A stretch of 64,000 nt of DNA, taken from contig CM102287.1 of the NCBI GenBank assembly GCA_046563655.1, positions 2,356,001-2,420,000 on the forward strand, given 5' to 3'. The translations under genes were made by a program, and so were the position numbers. The DNA comes from Yuukianura sp. NJ FZ-2021. Lineage: Eukaryota. Below are positions 26,901-41,900 of this stretch, in pieces. Below the pieces are notes generated by a model. That model ran no database searches. It saw only the letters and a program-made list of their open reading frames with translations, and was not told where the DNA came from. Each line of letters opens with the position of its first letter. Position 1 is the first letter of the stretch.

Positions 26901-29900
26901 ATGACTTAATCAAACTCATGATTCATGTCCAGAAAGCAGCAGTCAAGAAATTGGCAGTACCAAACGGAGGATTAGCAAACAGCAGGGAAGAAACTATGCA
27001 CAGGTATTGTTCAAAACTCTGTTTCAAAAAAAACATTCAAAAGCTTGGTTTTTTAATACTTTTTTTTTGAAAAGGTGGACAGCCCTTGGGCATCAGTTGA
27101 GTAGAATTGAACTGCAAATTACGACAGGAGCTGAGAGTCCGTTTGCATTTTCGTTTATTGAAGGAACGCTCATCACCGCTATCAAGAATGGTACGTTTTT
27201 TTACTTCAATTTGTTAAGTTTTTTTGAAAAGTGGATTTTTTTTTAATATTTTGCAATATTTTTTAGGATACTGGATACTGCTGGACGAAATAAACTTGGC
27301 TACTCCGGAGATGCTGCAAAGTATTTGTGGAATTTTGGATGAAGATGCTGATGTTCATCTGTGGGAGAAAGGAGACGAAGGCCCTATTCGTCGACACTCC
27401 AACTTCCATCTGTTTGCTGCCATGAATCCATCTACGGATGTTGGGAAGAAGGATTTGCCACTCGGACTCAGAAACAGGTAGAACACTTCTAAAAATGACT
27501 AAAAACCCGGGTATTTTCAAAATTCAAATGTGTTAAATTTTAGATTTACTGAAGTGTTTGTGGAGGAGTTGACGGAACCACTGGAACTGCAAGTCCTTGT
27601 GTCAGACTACTTGAAAGAAATGGCGTTGAGTTCAACCCAGATTGAGAGTATTGTTGAATTCTACTTGACTGTTAAATCTCTGTCGCAGTCCACTCTTGTG
27701 GATGGAATGGGCAAGAAACCACATTTCAGTCTCAGAACTCTCTGTCGAGCTCTGAGCATTTCAGCGATGAATCTCTACGGAAGTGCAACTCGATCGCTGT
27801 ACGAATCCTTCTGCCTCAGCTTCTTGACTCAACTGGACTACTCTTCGCATCCTATCGTTCAGGCATTAGTCGCAAAGTAAGTACTCCATCAACCCAAAAC
27901 TTTTAAATTCCAAGCTCAAAAAGTTCATAAAAAAAAATTTTCGAAAAATGTTTTTGACAGGCACATTTTTGGAAAAGTTGAGCTGAAATCAATTCTAAAT
28001 CAGGCTCTCCCCTGTCCAGCCTCCGGAAAACACGTCCAAGTCGAAGGGTATTGGATTCCACAAGGAGACAACGAACCCACAGAGTCTGGCAAGGTAAGAA
28101 GCACAGTTTTTTTTTTCGAAAGAGCTGTTGACTTTTTTGCTTTTTAACTCTGACTTTTTAACTTTTTTGCAGTATATTTTGACTCCAAGTATCCGACGGA
28201 ATTTGAAGGACTTGGCCAGAATAATTTCTGCAGGAAGACTGCCAGTATTGATTCAGGGTGAGACGAGTGTTGGGAAAACGAGTTTGATTCAATACGTGGC
28301 TGGAATCAGTGGAAACAACTGCTACAGAATCAACAACCATCAACACACTGACCTCCAAGAGTACATTGGCTCATACCAATCAGATCAATTCGGAAAATTA
28401 GTCTTCACTGAAGGTAACTCCTTGACGCCGTACAGGTTTTAGTTTAAATCAGAAATGAATTTAATGATTTTTGATTCCAGGAATTTTGGTAACGGCGATG
28501 AGGCGAGGAGAGTGGATTATCCTGGACGAATTGAATTTAGCTCCATCCGAAGTTCTGGAAGCACTCAATCGCTTGTTAGATGACAACCGACAGTTGTTTA
28601 TAACTGAAACTGGACAAACAGTCACTGCACATCCAAGATTCATGTTGTTTGCTACCCAAAATCCACCAGGACTCTACGGTGGAAGGAAAGTACTGTCCAG
28701 AGCATTTCGAAATCGGTTCATTGAGTTGCATTTTGATGAAATTCCAACTGCTGAATTGGAAACCATCCTCCACCATCGATGCAACATTCCGCAATCCTAC
28801 AGCAAGAAAATCATTGGTGTTCTGAAGGAACTTCAGGTTTGGAATTTTAAATTCAAAATGTTGAAAAATTTTATTAATTGTTTGTGTTCGCTTAGATGAG
28901 ACGAAAAGCGAGTGCAGCACTGGAAGGAAAACACGGTTTTGCTACACTGCGAGATTTATTTCGGTGGGCAGAGAGATATCGCCAAAGTGGTGAGCAGACG
29001 ACGACATTTTATGACTGGGATCAACATTTAGCAGACGAAGGGTACTTGGTTCTGGCCGGAAAAGTTAGGAAACCAGCAGAAGCAGAAGTTATTCGACAAG
29101 TTTTACAAAAACATCTCAAGAGAACTGTGGATCCAAATCATTTATTTTCACGTAAGGGGTCAACAAAGCTCAATTTTCAAAATATTTCAAAAGTTTCATT
29201 TTCATTTTGTTTTCAGTTCATGAGAAAACGTCGGCTGTGACTCGACCCATGTTGGAGGTTATTCTAAACAGCGATTTGGCAGAATTCAAGCACATTGTGT
29301 GGACATTTCAGATGCGTCGCTTAGCCGTTTTGATTGCAAGTTCAGTAAAATTCAAAGAACCAATTTTGCTCGTGGGAGAAACTGGAGGAGGAAAGACAAG
29401 CGTTGTTCAACTTCTTGCGAATTTGTACAAACGGGAACTCTTTTCTGTCAATTGTCACATGCACAGCGAAGGAAGCGATTTCCTTGGAGGGCTCCGTCCA
29501 GTTCGAAATCACCAGGAAAATGTAAGTTTCAGAAGAAAAAAAAATTCTTAAAAAATTTTTTTCCTAAAAAAATTTTCTCTGAAAAAAAAGCAAACTTTTT
29601 TTATGATTTGATTTTTTGTTGATTTTCAGGAATGTAGACTGTTTGAGTGGGTGAATGGCCCTCTTGTGGAAGCGATGGAGGAAGGAGGAATGTTCTTGGC
29701 AGATGAAATTTCCTTAGCCGATGACTCAGTTCTGGAGAGAATCAATTCAGTGCTGGAACCGGAACGAACTTTGTTGCTAGCGGAGAAGGGAGACGAAACG
29801 CCCAAGTTGGTTGTCGCTCATGAAAACTTTCAGTTTATTGGAACCATGAACCCTGGTGGAGACTACGGAAAAAAAGAAGTAACTTCACTTATTCCATTCT

Positions 29901-32900
29901 CCACAAATTCCTGAAAAATCCATTTCTAAATCTTAATTTTTCATTTTTTAGCTTTCACCAGCCTTGAGAAATCGATTGACAGAGATTTGGTGTGAAGTTT
30001 CTTCAGATCCGGCCGACATCGAAGCAATTGTAGAACACAATTTGATTTCCAGTGTCCGTGGAAAAGGAATTGGTCAAATCATGATTTCCTTTGTGAATTG
30101 GCTCAAGACCAACGAATTGGGCAATCGATGTACAATTAGCATCCGAGACTACTTGTCCTGGACACAATTCATCAACAGTGTGCTGGAAAGTGACCTTGAC
30201 ATGTCACTGGCAGCAGCAGTCAATCACGGTGCTTGTCTCACTTTTCTGGATGGACTTGGCAGTGGAACCACCGCAACAGAAAAGTAAACCTACCTCACAG
30301 TTTTTCTGTAAACTGAAAAAGAAATTGTTTCTGGTCTTTTATATTTTGTTATTTTTGTGTACAGCGTCGTCGTTTCGCAAATTGTAAAAATTCAAGCCCT
30401 GGAATTTTTGGAGGAGCAAACTTCGAAACTGTGTGACAACTTTTCCAAAATGTCACCACCGGACATTGTCGTTTCAAATACTTCCGAATCTATCGGAATT
30501 GGGCCGTTTACGATCAAGAAAAACTTGGCGACATCCAACTTGGCGACATCGGAGAATGCAGATGTTAGTTTCAACTTGGAGGCTCCCACTACAAGTCAAA
30601 ATGCTCTCCGTGTCCTGCGTGCTATGACTCTAAAGAAGCCAATTCTTCTAGAAGGATCTCCCGGTGTCGGAAAAACAGCGCTGGTCACCGCTTTGGCCAA
30701 AATGTGTCATCAGCCAGTCGTTCGAATCAACCTGTCCGAACAAACCGACATTTCTGACCTCTTTGGAGCCGATTTGCCCGTGGAGGGAGAAAGTGGCGGG
30801 CACTTTGAGTGGCGTGACGGACCATTGCTCCAGGCACTCAAAATGTCCGCATGGATTCTTCTGGATGAACTTAACTTAGCATCTCAGTCTGTCCTGGAAG
30901 GACTCAATGCCTGTCTGGACCATCGTGGGGAAATTTTTGTGCCAGAACTGAACAGGACTTTCAAGATTGGACATGGACACGGTGGGAACAGAATTTTCGG
31001 GTGTCAGAATCCAGTGAGACAAGGAGGAGCTAGAAAAGGCCTGCCGAAATCGTTTCTAAATCGTTTTACTCAAGTATTTATGGATCCATTGAGCGTCACC
31101 GATTTGACTTGGATTATGCAAACGACGTTTCCAGCGATTCCAGAAAAGTGGATTTCAGCGATGGCCGGATTGGGAGAAAGCGTTGTGAGTGCGGTGAGTG
31201 TTCTTGGGCTTTTCGGATCCAAAGGGGCTCCGTGGGATTTCAATTTGAGAGATTTGATACGCTGGGGATCGCTGATTGAGAAGAAGAGAGAAGAGGGGCT
31301 GGATGTAAATCCGAGTCACTTTGTGGATTTCATCTACGGAAGGAGAATGAGGACAATAGAAGATCAGGAAAAGATACTGGCGCTGTACGCTGAAATCGCT
31401 TCTAAGGCAGGACTGGCAGAGGAATGTGAAGTGAAATCGCTGCTGAAGTGTGGATCCAGTGGCTATAGCTTGATTAACGCTGAATTCCAGTGTGGATTTG
31501 GGAAGTTGGAGAGGAGAAGTGAAAAGGCGTTTCCCCTTGGGGATGGAAGCGATCAGTTACTGCCGCTGCAGAAGCAACTTCCAGCGCTGGAAGCGATCAC
31601 ACTTTCACTGGAAATGGGATGGATGCCAATTTTGGTGAGTTTACTGTCAGTTTGTCTTCATTGACCTACTAATTAACTAAAGTACTCATCTTTTTTTTTT
31701 TTTTTAACTTAAACTCAAGTGTAATGGCCTGCATGCAGGGTACTTGAAGTGAAATAAATACAAATACAAATACAAATACAAATACTGATTTTCAAGAAGA
31801 CAACATGAACTTTTTTTTTTCTAAATAGAAGAAGCTGATTTTTAATTTTAATTTTTTGAATGGCAGGTAGGACCTACAAAATCTGGAAAAACTTCGATTG
31901 TGAGATTGTTGGCTGAAATGACAGGTCATGACCTCAAGATTATGACAGTTAGCCCTGAAATGGATACGATTGAGCTTCTCGGTGGTTTTGAACAGGTTAG
32001 CATGAACTTTTTCAGTTTTGAAACAATTTTCGTGATAAACTAAATCAAAAGGTTGGAAACTTAAAATAATTTGTGTTAGGCTGACATTTACCGGAAGATT
32101 GATGAAGCGACTGGAGCACTGCGTCAATTGTTGGAGAAAGTTGTGAAACGGATTGTTGGACAGCAGGGGAAGAAGGAAAGTTTTAGTGTGGTGGATTCAG
32201 AAGTGCTTGATCTCTGGTCATCTCTCTGTGCTCTGCTAAATCTCGTAGTGGGTAAGCTTTCATAATTTCAAAATTTCTGAATTTCAAAGTTTTGTTAGCT
32301 TCGTGTTGTTTATGAGATTTAACTGGATTATTTCAGATGGAGAACTGCTGGTGGCTCAGGATGAGGAGCTGAGTCGACTGGAAGGAAGATTGAAATTGCT
32401 AGAGAAAGGAATTGAGAAATGCAAAGAGTACGTTGTGAGAGATACGAATTTTGGAGAGACCTCAAACATCCCTGGAGAAATGGAAGTTATTACGGAGGAA
32501 TTGGAGGGAATTCGGAGGCACTTGAAGGGAGGAATTCGGAATGGAGCCTTTCAGTGGGTCGACAGTCTCCTCGTCAAGGTAAAGCTAAGCACAATCTTCA
32601 AAAAATCTGTACAACTGCATTTGAATTCTAATTAGAAGTAGTGTTAAATTGTCATTTTGTGTTTCGGGATTTAGGCAATTCGAGATGGGAAGTGGCTGCT
32701 TATCGATGGAGCCAATCGCTGCACAGCGGCAGTGCTGGATCGCTTGAATTCGCTGATGGAACTTGATGGAAGTCTCTTTTTGTCTGAACGAGGAAGTATT
32801 GATGGGAACATCATCGAGATGAAGCCACACCCAAACTTCAGACTCATCCTCACAATGGATCCAGCACACGGTGAAATATCAAGGTAAGCTTTCCACCAAA

Positions 32901-35900
32901 TTCCGTTCAAACTTCAATTGAAATTAAAATTTTGAAGAAAATAGATGAAGGAATTTGAGGAAATAGAAATTTTGAAGGAAATACAAATTTTGGGTGAAAG
33001 GGATGGGAAAAACTTAAAAAAGTTTTGTTCAAGTAAAACGCCAATTAAAGTTTTAATTTCGTGAGATAGGCGAATTCTCACGCGGAGAAAGGGAATTTTT
33101 CCCTGTGTATTTTTCCTATCTCTTTCCCTATCTCGCGTAATGCATTGTTTTTGGACCAATGAGAATCGTCCTTTCAAATTATTTGAGTCCATGTATACTC
33201 TCGTATGCCAAAAAATTTATTTTTTATGTGGCGTCGACTTTATTTCTAATTCCATTTTTTTTTATTTCCTAAATTTTTAAACGTGATTGATTTTCACAGA
33301 GTTGTCCTAAAAATTGAATTGAACTGAGGTGTGAACATTTATGAAAATTAACGCTCTCTGGGTTGATTAATGATCGTTTTTCAAAATTCCTAGCGCGACT
33401 TAAGTAGCTTAATTTTAATGATCTCCGATTTGAAAATGTTAAATTGAAACAAAAGTGTTAAAAATTCAGCCTTGTTGAATTTGATCTTTAGAGCAATGCG
33501 GAACCGTGGTGTTGAGATTTATATGGCTGGACCGGAAGAGCTAATCTGTGATGCTGCGGATGCTGAAACCAAGGAGACGCTGACTTCCGGAATCAACTGG
33601 TTTGATCTCGACATTCTCTGTAGAGCAAAGGGATTTGCCAATTCGGCCCTTAGAAGGGATCTCGTAACTTTACATGAAAAAATATACAGCGCCCTGGCCC
33701 CTTCACTAGGTAAAAACAAAAACCAACTTCTTTGATTCAACGATTTTGAAAACAAAATTTTCTCTTTTTTGTGTTTTAGGAATCGCTGACCGTCCACATA
33801 TTTACCAAATTGTTGAATCGCTGGAAAGGCTCGGAGTGGAACTTCGTCACGGAACGACTTTCTCCGCAGCACTTTTAAATTCCTTGACCTCAGTGTATCT
33901 CAAAGGGAACCTCCACGTCCTTGACGTGAACTTGAAAACTGAAATCCAATCTATCCTCCACCAATTTCAAACAAATAATCTCCGCAGCTCTAACTGTTTG
34001 GCGTAAGTTTCACATTTGTGCTGGCTTTTTTCGAAAAAAAAAAAACTAAAATGTTTTTATTTATTTTAGACTCCGAGCTTCTGTTCCAAACTTCGTAAAT
34101 TCTCAGCAGTATCGAGTGTGGAGAGTGGCACACATTTTGGAAACGACGTTCCAGTCACCATCAATCATTCCAGTTCTCCAGAAACTCAAAAACTCTGTCC
34201 AGAATTCCTCTCTTCTGGAACACCTTCTCATGTTTACTCCGTTCCTCAGAATTTCTGCAAACGACGCTCAAGCTCTACTGGAAGTTTTGAATTTGAAGTT
34301 TCCAAACATCGAAATCCAACGAGGTGTAAAATTAGTTCAGATTTTAAGTTCTGCTGGAGAAAGTGATGAACTGCAGTGGGATCCACAGTGGAAGGCTCAC
34401 AATTTGGCAAACTCTGGAAATTCTGGAAAGACGGACCAACTGGAAAAGATTTTGAAAGTTTCACTTTTGCTTCATTCTTGCCTCTTCAGAAAAAGTGATG
34501 CTGAGGACTGGAAGACTGGAAGTGTAGGAGACAGAGCCAGAGCGATTCATCAAAAGAGATTTTTCCATGAATCCATGACGACCTCTTGCGCCGACTTTTA
34601 CTCAAGATTTTGGATTTTACTGGACAAGTTTGATGGACTTCTGGAGAGTGGACTCAAGATTCAAAAGACTTTGAATCTGGATAAATCTGGAAGGGATTTG
34701 GCGTCAGTGTGGTTGAAAGGACTGCTGTCGTGGGTGTGGAGAGGAAGACTTTTTAGTGAAAGTCATTCAGTTGGAGACTTTGTTTGGAAAACTGAAGACA
34801 TGGCTCAGTTGATTCTTGTGGTGGAGTGGATTGGAGAGTGTGTCGTTCCGTTTTTGAAGACGCTTGACGCTGCGGCTGGACAAGAGCTGGAATCGCTGGT
34901 GACTTTGTGTCTCAATCAAGTTGAGCATGTGGGAGGAAGAAGCACGCGGCTGGAAGGAGGAAGAAACCTCAGAATTGCGGCCGACACAAAACCGTTCTCA
35001 GTTTCGACGTCGAAGGCCAAAATTGTGGGGGAAATTCTAGGGTAAAACGAAAACTCAAAAGTTCAGAATTGAAAAGAATTTGAAATTTTAGTTTGAAATT
35101 TTTTGAAAATTTTTACTTTTTTTTTATTTAGGCTCTGTTTCGATGTGTGGTCGCTGAGTAGTAGCGTCAAACCGGAACGATTGGCAGGATTTTTGATGTC
35201 CAGTGACGGAATCCATTGCAGTGCTGCACTCACGGTACTGCTGCCAAGTATTTTGCATGGGCCAAGTTCTGAACAAGGTAGGCAAGGAACAATTTACGAA
35301 TCAAAACTTTTAACAAATCTGCTTTTTAATTTTGGAAAATTTTCAATTTTGGAATTTGCGTCAAGGTAATCCGGAAGTTTACTTCAATGACGTGAAAGAC
35401 GCAATTGGGAAATTGAAAAGTAGCGACGCCGATGAGCCAGAAAAGACGGAATCAGAGGAGGTGGAATCGCTGAAGCGAAATGCAAAAGGACTTTGGGAAT
35501 GGTCCAGATTTTTTGAAAATGGACGAAAATCTGCCTTCGTCCACCCGATGTTGCAAGATGTTTCATTGGGTGGAAATGCTTTATCGGAGTACTTGGTTTG
35601 GGAAGAGGGAGAGAGACTTCGGAGTTTGTTTTTAGAAAAAAAGTATGACCTCATGCCCATGGTTTCTCTCCTGCCGTACTTTGTCTCCAAAATACTCATT
35701 CAACAACCTGGACACAACTTTCGAGTGGCGACTTTGGGATCTCGAGAAGTATTTGCATCTTCGCTGGACACAATCGCTGGAATTGTTTCCAAGAAGATCC
35801 TGTCACCAGTTGAAACGGACGAAATTGTTTTGAAGAAACTGGGAGAAAAGTCGAGGAAATTGTTTGAGACACTTATGACTCCGCATAATCAGACTGTAAA

Positions 35901-38900
35901 ACTGAAATTTCAAGAAATTTTTGAAAAGAGAAGCGATTGGCTGGAACAGAAAATGGCCGAAGTTGGAATGCTGATGGTGGAATTGGGGCTAGAAATGATG
36001 GACAAGGGATGCAGCCTTCCAACAGTCGATCCTGCCGTGGAATCCAAAATTGTGCTGGGATACTTGCAGGACGAAGTAAGTTTAAAATAGCATTTTTAGT
36101 TTTTGAATTTAATGATTTTGTTGTGAACTTTTTGAATTTAAAATTGTTTTCGTTTTTGGTTTTAGATAAACTTTTTCGAAACTTGGATTACCGCTCAGAG
36201 AATGTATGAGTTGACAGAAACTGGACTTGATTTGCTTTCAGTTCATTCCAGTGCAGTTCATTCTTACTTCAGCGCTGCTGTGGCCCACTTGACTCTTCTT
36301 CGTGAAAAAGTGAAAGTTGTTGAGAAAATGAAGGCGTATCGTCCTCAGCCACCGAACTACGACGAAATTCGACAAGCACTGGAACAGTTTCGGTATTCCT
36401 TCATGGCCAAACCAGGAACTTGTGATGAATTAAAACTCAAAATCCAGAAAATCTTCGCTGGAGAAGCGACGGATGAAGTTGTCCAGGACACTGTCGTCTC
36501 CTGTCACATTTGGATTGACTCCCACAGGAATTTTGCACAGAAACTCTTCAAGCATTTCTGGTACTGGGATATAACTGCCGGATTCCTTTGTGTTTCCACT
36601 CAGGTATTTCGAAACAGTTTTAATTTTTGATTTTTGAGTTTTTATGATTTTATGTGCTTTAGATACATTTCCTATTTGTGTTTAGGTGTCTGTTGGACTG
36701 ACGCTGATTAGCTATGCGCTGAATCGCTTCAAACTGGGTCCAAATTATGAACAAAAGAAACAACTTCAGCGATTGATCCAATATCCAGTTCAGTTCAGGA
36801 ATCCTGATGACGCTCTGAGTGTATCTGTTCTGGACAAGAATTCATTTGATTCTGGGTTTCAAAAATCGTAAGATTTCATATTTTTTAGGAATTTTAGAAA
36901 AGTGTAGATTTTGAAACATGAATTTTTTTATTTTCATTGATTGCAGAATCTACACGCCATCTCTAATAAGTTTCCTAAATGAAATAGAGACGGAAGGCTA
37001 TGGGAGCAGTTCTACGATGTTGAAGTTGCACAATCTCAGCGCCAATGTCGCAGCGATTTGGAATTTCCAGGAAGAGGAGAAGCGGAAAGCAAAAGAGCTG
37101 GAAGACGCCATGTATGTTTTCAAAGGAAAGGAAAGGACCATGGGCCTCACGGAGGATCAGCAAGAATCGCTGGAGATTTCCAACACTTTTCCAGACTACA
37201 CTGAAGACATGATTGACTTGGAAGTTCAAAATTCCCTGGAGTATGGAACAGATCGGAAGAACAAGAAGCCGGAAACTGAAAAAGACGAAACTACTATCCT
37301 GGGAACAGAAGATGTTGAGCTGTTTCTCAAAATTCATGATCGTGTTGTCAACCAAGTCAAGACACACTGGATTTCTGGAAAAGAAGGACTGGACAACTCC
37401 AATCCTGATTTCATTACGCCATATCTAATGAGGTTATTCTTCATTATTCCGATTTTTCACATTTTTTATAAATCTAATTTTAAAATGTTTAATTCTTTCA
37501 GATTTGAAACTGGATCGGCGGAGTTCCTGAAATTTTATGATTCGCTGGGAAAGGATGAGGAGAATCAATTTTCGCTTGGAGCGATGGTGACTGTTCAGCA
37601 TTTGAGATATGTCCAATCACAAAGCAGCTTTTCTAACGGAGGTCAAAGGTCATTGAATGACACTAAAATCTACGATTTCTACCATGACATGAACGTAAAC
37701 GAAGTGCACAGACTCAGTCCAGTTCTAAATGGACTCAAGAAACGAGTCAAAGAATTACTAATAGAGTGGTCAGATCATCCGTCACTGCTCAAGGTAATTC
37801 AAAATTTTGAAGAAAACTTTAATATTTTTTTGTTGTTGAAATTGTGATTTTTTGTGTTTTTAGATTTTGGAGGTCATTGCTAGACTGGAATCTTTCAAAA
37901 CTACGAGTGCTCTGATGCGATACGTGACCTGCCTGGAACTTTTACTTTCAACTGCACAAGAATGGGAGAGTTGTGCACATCGAGGAGTGTCCATTGCCTT
38001 GTACTTGGCCGAGATTACAGAAATTATCATCAGTTGGAGAAAACTGGAACTGCAGTGCTGGAAGAATCTACTGGAAATTACTTTCCAGCGACAACAGTCT
38101 GAGAGTCACAAGTGGTGGTTCCATCTCTACTCTTCTGTAATGGAAATTCTCAATTCTCAACACAAAGAAATTCCTCCCGAATTCCTTCAAAATCTCCAGC
38201 AGTTCATGGAAACATCGTCTCTTGGTCAGTTTCAAACAAGACTCAACTACTTGTTCAACATCCACTGTCACTTGATCTCCATGGAGCAAAACAATATTCT
38301 GAACAAATCGCTTCCAGCGTTTCTCCAGCCCTACATCTGGAACACTTGGAATTACTACAAACAGTTTAGAAGTCCAGTGGCAGCCAAACTGACTTCACTC
38401 CGAGCTCCAATTGAAAAGAAAATGAAAGATTTCGTGAAGATTTCGAGGTGGAATGATTCTAACTTCTACGCACTCAAAGATTCAGTCCAAAAGAATCAGC
38501 GCATGCTCAACAAGTTTGTGAAGGAGTGGAAGAAGGCGATGAACACCCCGGTGACGACTGTATTGGTGGCAGATGTAAGTGGAGCTGAATCGCTTGACAA
38601 ATCGCTGCAACATCGCTGGAGAATGTTGAATCCCAGGATATACTTGGCTGAGTCGAGAGATCATGCTGCTGTCAACATTGATTCCGAAGTTTACGAGAAA
38701 CTTAAAGTGAAGCGACTTGGAAAATTGTCCAAAATTTTCAGCAAAACTCACAAAATTATGAAACCGGTGCTGGGCCAAGATGCTGCTGCTTGTGGGAGAG
38801 AGATTGAAGGAATTGAGGATCTTACGACAACAATAATCCAAGATGTTCGTGAATTGCAATCGACTGAGGTAAATTTCCCTGAAAAAAAAATTTTTTTTTT

Positions 38901-41900
38901 TTGAAAAAAAAAAAAGAAAGTTTTCCTGAAAATTAAAATTTTGATTTTAGGTTTCTTCGGATAAAACGGGAGACCAACGACGCAAGATGCTGCACAACAT
39001 TCATTTTCGAAAACGCTCTGCTTTGGCAGATCTGTTCAAAGCACTTCAGGATCTGAACGTTTCATATCGTCGCGGTCTTGTCAAACTTTCTCGAGAGCAA
39101 GGAAATGCTGACAAGTTTCAGCGAAGTTTTCAAATGCTGCCAGTTGATGTTGGTGCTGGATGGAAAGTACTTGGGCTGGAACTGACGGCTGATAAGGAAC
39201 TAGTCAAATCCTGGGAAGGTTGTGAACTCTACTTTCAAAAAAGTCTGGCTCGGATGGCCGTGATGCTCAAATCGTTTGAATCTCCATCAAAAGAACTTGG
39301 ACCGAGGATTATCGAGAGATGCAAAGGATTTGTAGTGGACTTGATGGGAATCGCAACTTCCCAGAAGCAATTTATTGCTGATTTCGCCCAAGATTTGTGG
39401 ACTTTTAAAAGTTTGTCTGAACACAACTACGCTGAAGGACAAGAGAGCAGAAAATTCGAAGAAATCTACCAACAAGCGTGCAAAATTGAGTACGAAACGA
39501 GACAGCTCAAAATCCTTGTCGAATCACTGCAAACTCCGGAATTGAACAAAACGCTGAATACTTTGAACTCAATTTTGGTTCTGACGACTGAAGTGAAAGA
39601 GACGCTGAAAATTTACATCGATTCTGTTCGGATTCCAAATCTTCCGGAAAAACTGATGGAAGGAGAAATGGATTTGGTGGATTCGCTGGAAACGATGGAA
39701 CACATTGCATGTCTTTTTGGATCGCTGGAAAACAACTCCGTTATTGGACAAGCATTTTCCAAAATGGTGGAAGAAATTGACAAATTTCTAGAACGCAGAA
39801 CCCACTATGGAATATCTCCTTTGACCAAAAGTCCGATCAATGGAAATCCAGATTTTGACAGATTTGGAAAAAATGTGAAGATGATTCTGCAAAATATTTT
39901 GCTAACTTTTCAAAAACTGGATAAACTGAAGACTTTGAGACAGCAAGAGGCCAAAACAGAAGAAGAGGAGGACGAAATTCCAAAGACGAATTTGAAGGAA
40001 CTTCTGAACGTGGAATTGGAAACTTTCCAAACCAAGAAACTACTGGCAGGAATTCTTCGTCTTTTCAAAATCATGCGGATCCAAAATTGTGCTGATTTTG
40101 GAACAGTATTTTCCAGCCTGTCTCCACTGTTCCAGCAGTATTCACTCGTCGCTGAATTTTATCTCACGATGTACGTCCAGTTTCATCGCTCAACTTGCAA
40201 GTTACTCTCAGTTCTGCTCGGAGTTTTTGCAACTCTGGCGTCGAAGGTAAGCAAATTCCAAACCTAAGAAAATTCACAAAATTACTAAAATTTCAAAATG
40301 TGATGAAAAATTTGTTTAGAACTTTTGAAATTTTGAAAAAACTTTGTTTTGTGATTTGCAGGGCTTTTGCTTGCCGTCTGATTATGAGAATGATGCAGTA
40401 GCTGAAAGTGAGGAGATGGACGCTTCTGCTGGAATGGGAATGGGTGAAGGAGAGACTACTTCAGATGCCCAAGATGTTTCAGATCGAATGGAGTCTGAAG
40501 ATCAGTTGGAAGATGCGCTCAAAGAGGGAGAAGCTCCGCCTTCAGCTGACAAGGATTTGAACGATGATGAGAAGGGAGTGGAAATGTCGGAGGATTTTGA
40601 AGGGAAGCAGCAAGAGAAGAATGGTCCAGCGGGAGATGAAGAACAAGATGAAGATGAGAGTGATCAAGATGAGAATGCAGAAGATGAACTTGACAAGCAA
40701 ATGGGAGATGTGGACGATCCTTCGGCAGAAAAGTTGGACGACCAGGTACTTTTTGCATTACTTTTGCCTAATCTTATCTAAAAATATGAAATTTCAAAAC
40801 TTTTGTTTTGCAATTTTTTTAAAACGGTTTTGTGATTTTGTAGATGTGGGGTGGTTCGAGTGATGAGGAAGACGAAGATTTAAATGAGAAAGATGAAGAA
40901 CAGGGTAAAGGTTCCAATCGTCAAGCAGAACCAGAGCTAAGAGCCAAAGATCCAACACTTGAAGCTGACGCAGAACCGGAATCTGAACCAGAAAAGAGTC
41001 AAAGTGAGAAGAAAGGAAAGGAATTCAACGAACAAGATGAAGAAGAGTTGAACGATGACCAAACCGACCCCTACCATGGCCAGAATGGACCAGAAGAAGA
41101 GCCGGAGCCACTGGATCTTCCAGACAACTTGAATTTGGATGGAGCAGAAGCACTGGACAAAGAGGAACAAGAATTAGAAGAGAATCCGTTTGATTTGGAT
41201 GCAAAAGAGAAAGAGGAAATCACGGAAGTTCCAGAAGATCAAAATCAAGATGAAAACGGAGATGAAGCTAATCAAGAAATGTCGGATGAAGAAGATCCTG
41301 ATGGTGGGAAAGGAATTGATTTTGAAAAGCCTCAATTTGAAGACGATTTGAACCAAAATGAAAAAGAAGAAGCAGAAGTTGAAAAAGATGAAGGTGAAGC
41401 AGAAACTGAAGATAAGATGGAAACTGACGAAAGAATTGAAAAAGAGGAAGAGAAACTGGAGAATGGCGAGACTGAAGGTGGGACTGAGAGTGAGCAGAAA
41501 ACTGAAGACAAAGCGGAGCCATCAGAAGGAAAAGATGGGAAACAAGATCAGACTTCAGTGGCCAATGAGAAGGCGCAAGGAGATCAGATCCAGGAAGCAA
41601 TGGACACAACTGAAGAACAAAAGTCAAAGAAAGATGAAACTACTTCTGGACAGGCAGAGAGCAAAGATGGAAGTGGTCATGAGGGGAAATCTGTCCAGGA
41701 AGACAAGAATCAGCGAATCCAACAGCAAAATGATCAACCAGACGCTTCGCGGAAACCAGGTCACAATCTTTACTTTTTTCTCAAAAACTTTTTTTTTCAA
41801 TGTTGTAATTTTTTAAATTTTAGGTGATACTGACAACAATCGATCGCTGGCGAACGACCAGAAACTTCCAGAACAAGGTGCACATCGCCTCAAAACTCTT

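Noticed and set aside
30522..30550. 15-nt tandem duplication (NLATS x2) in MDN1
   Set aside because: Small in-frame duplication in an inter-domain linker; no evident significance.
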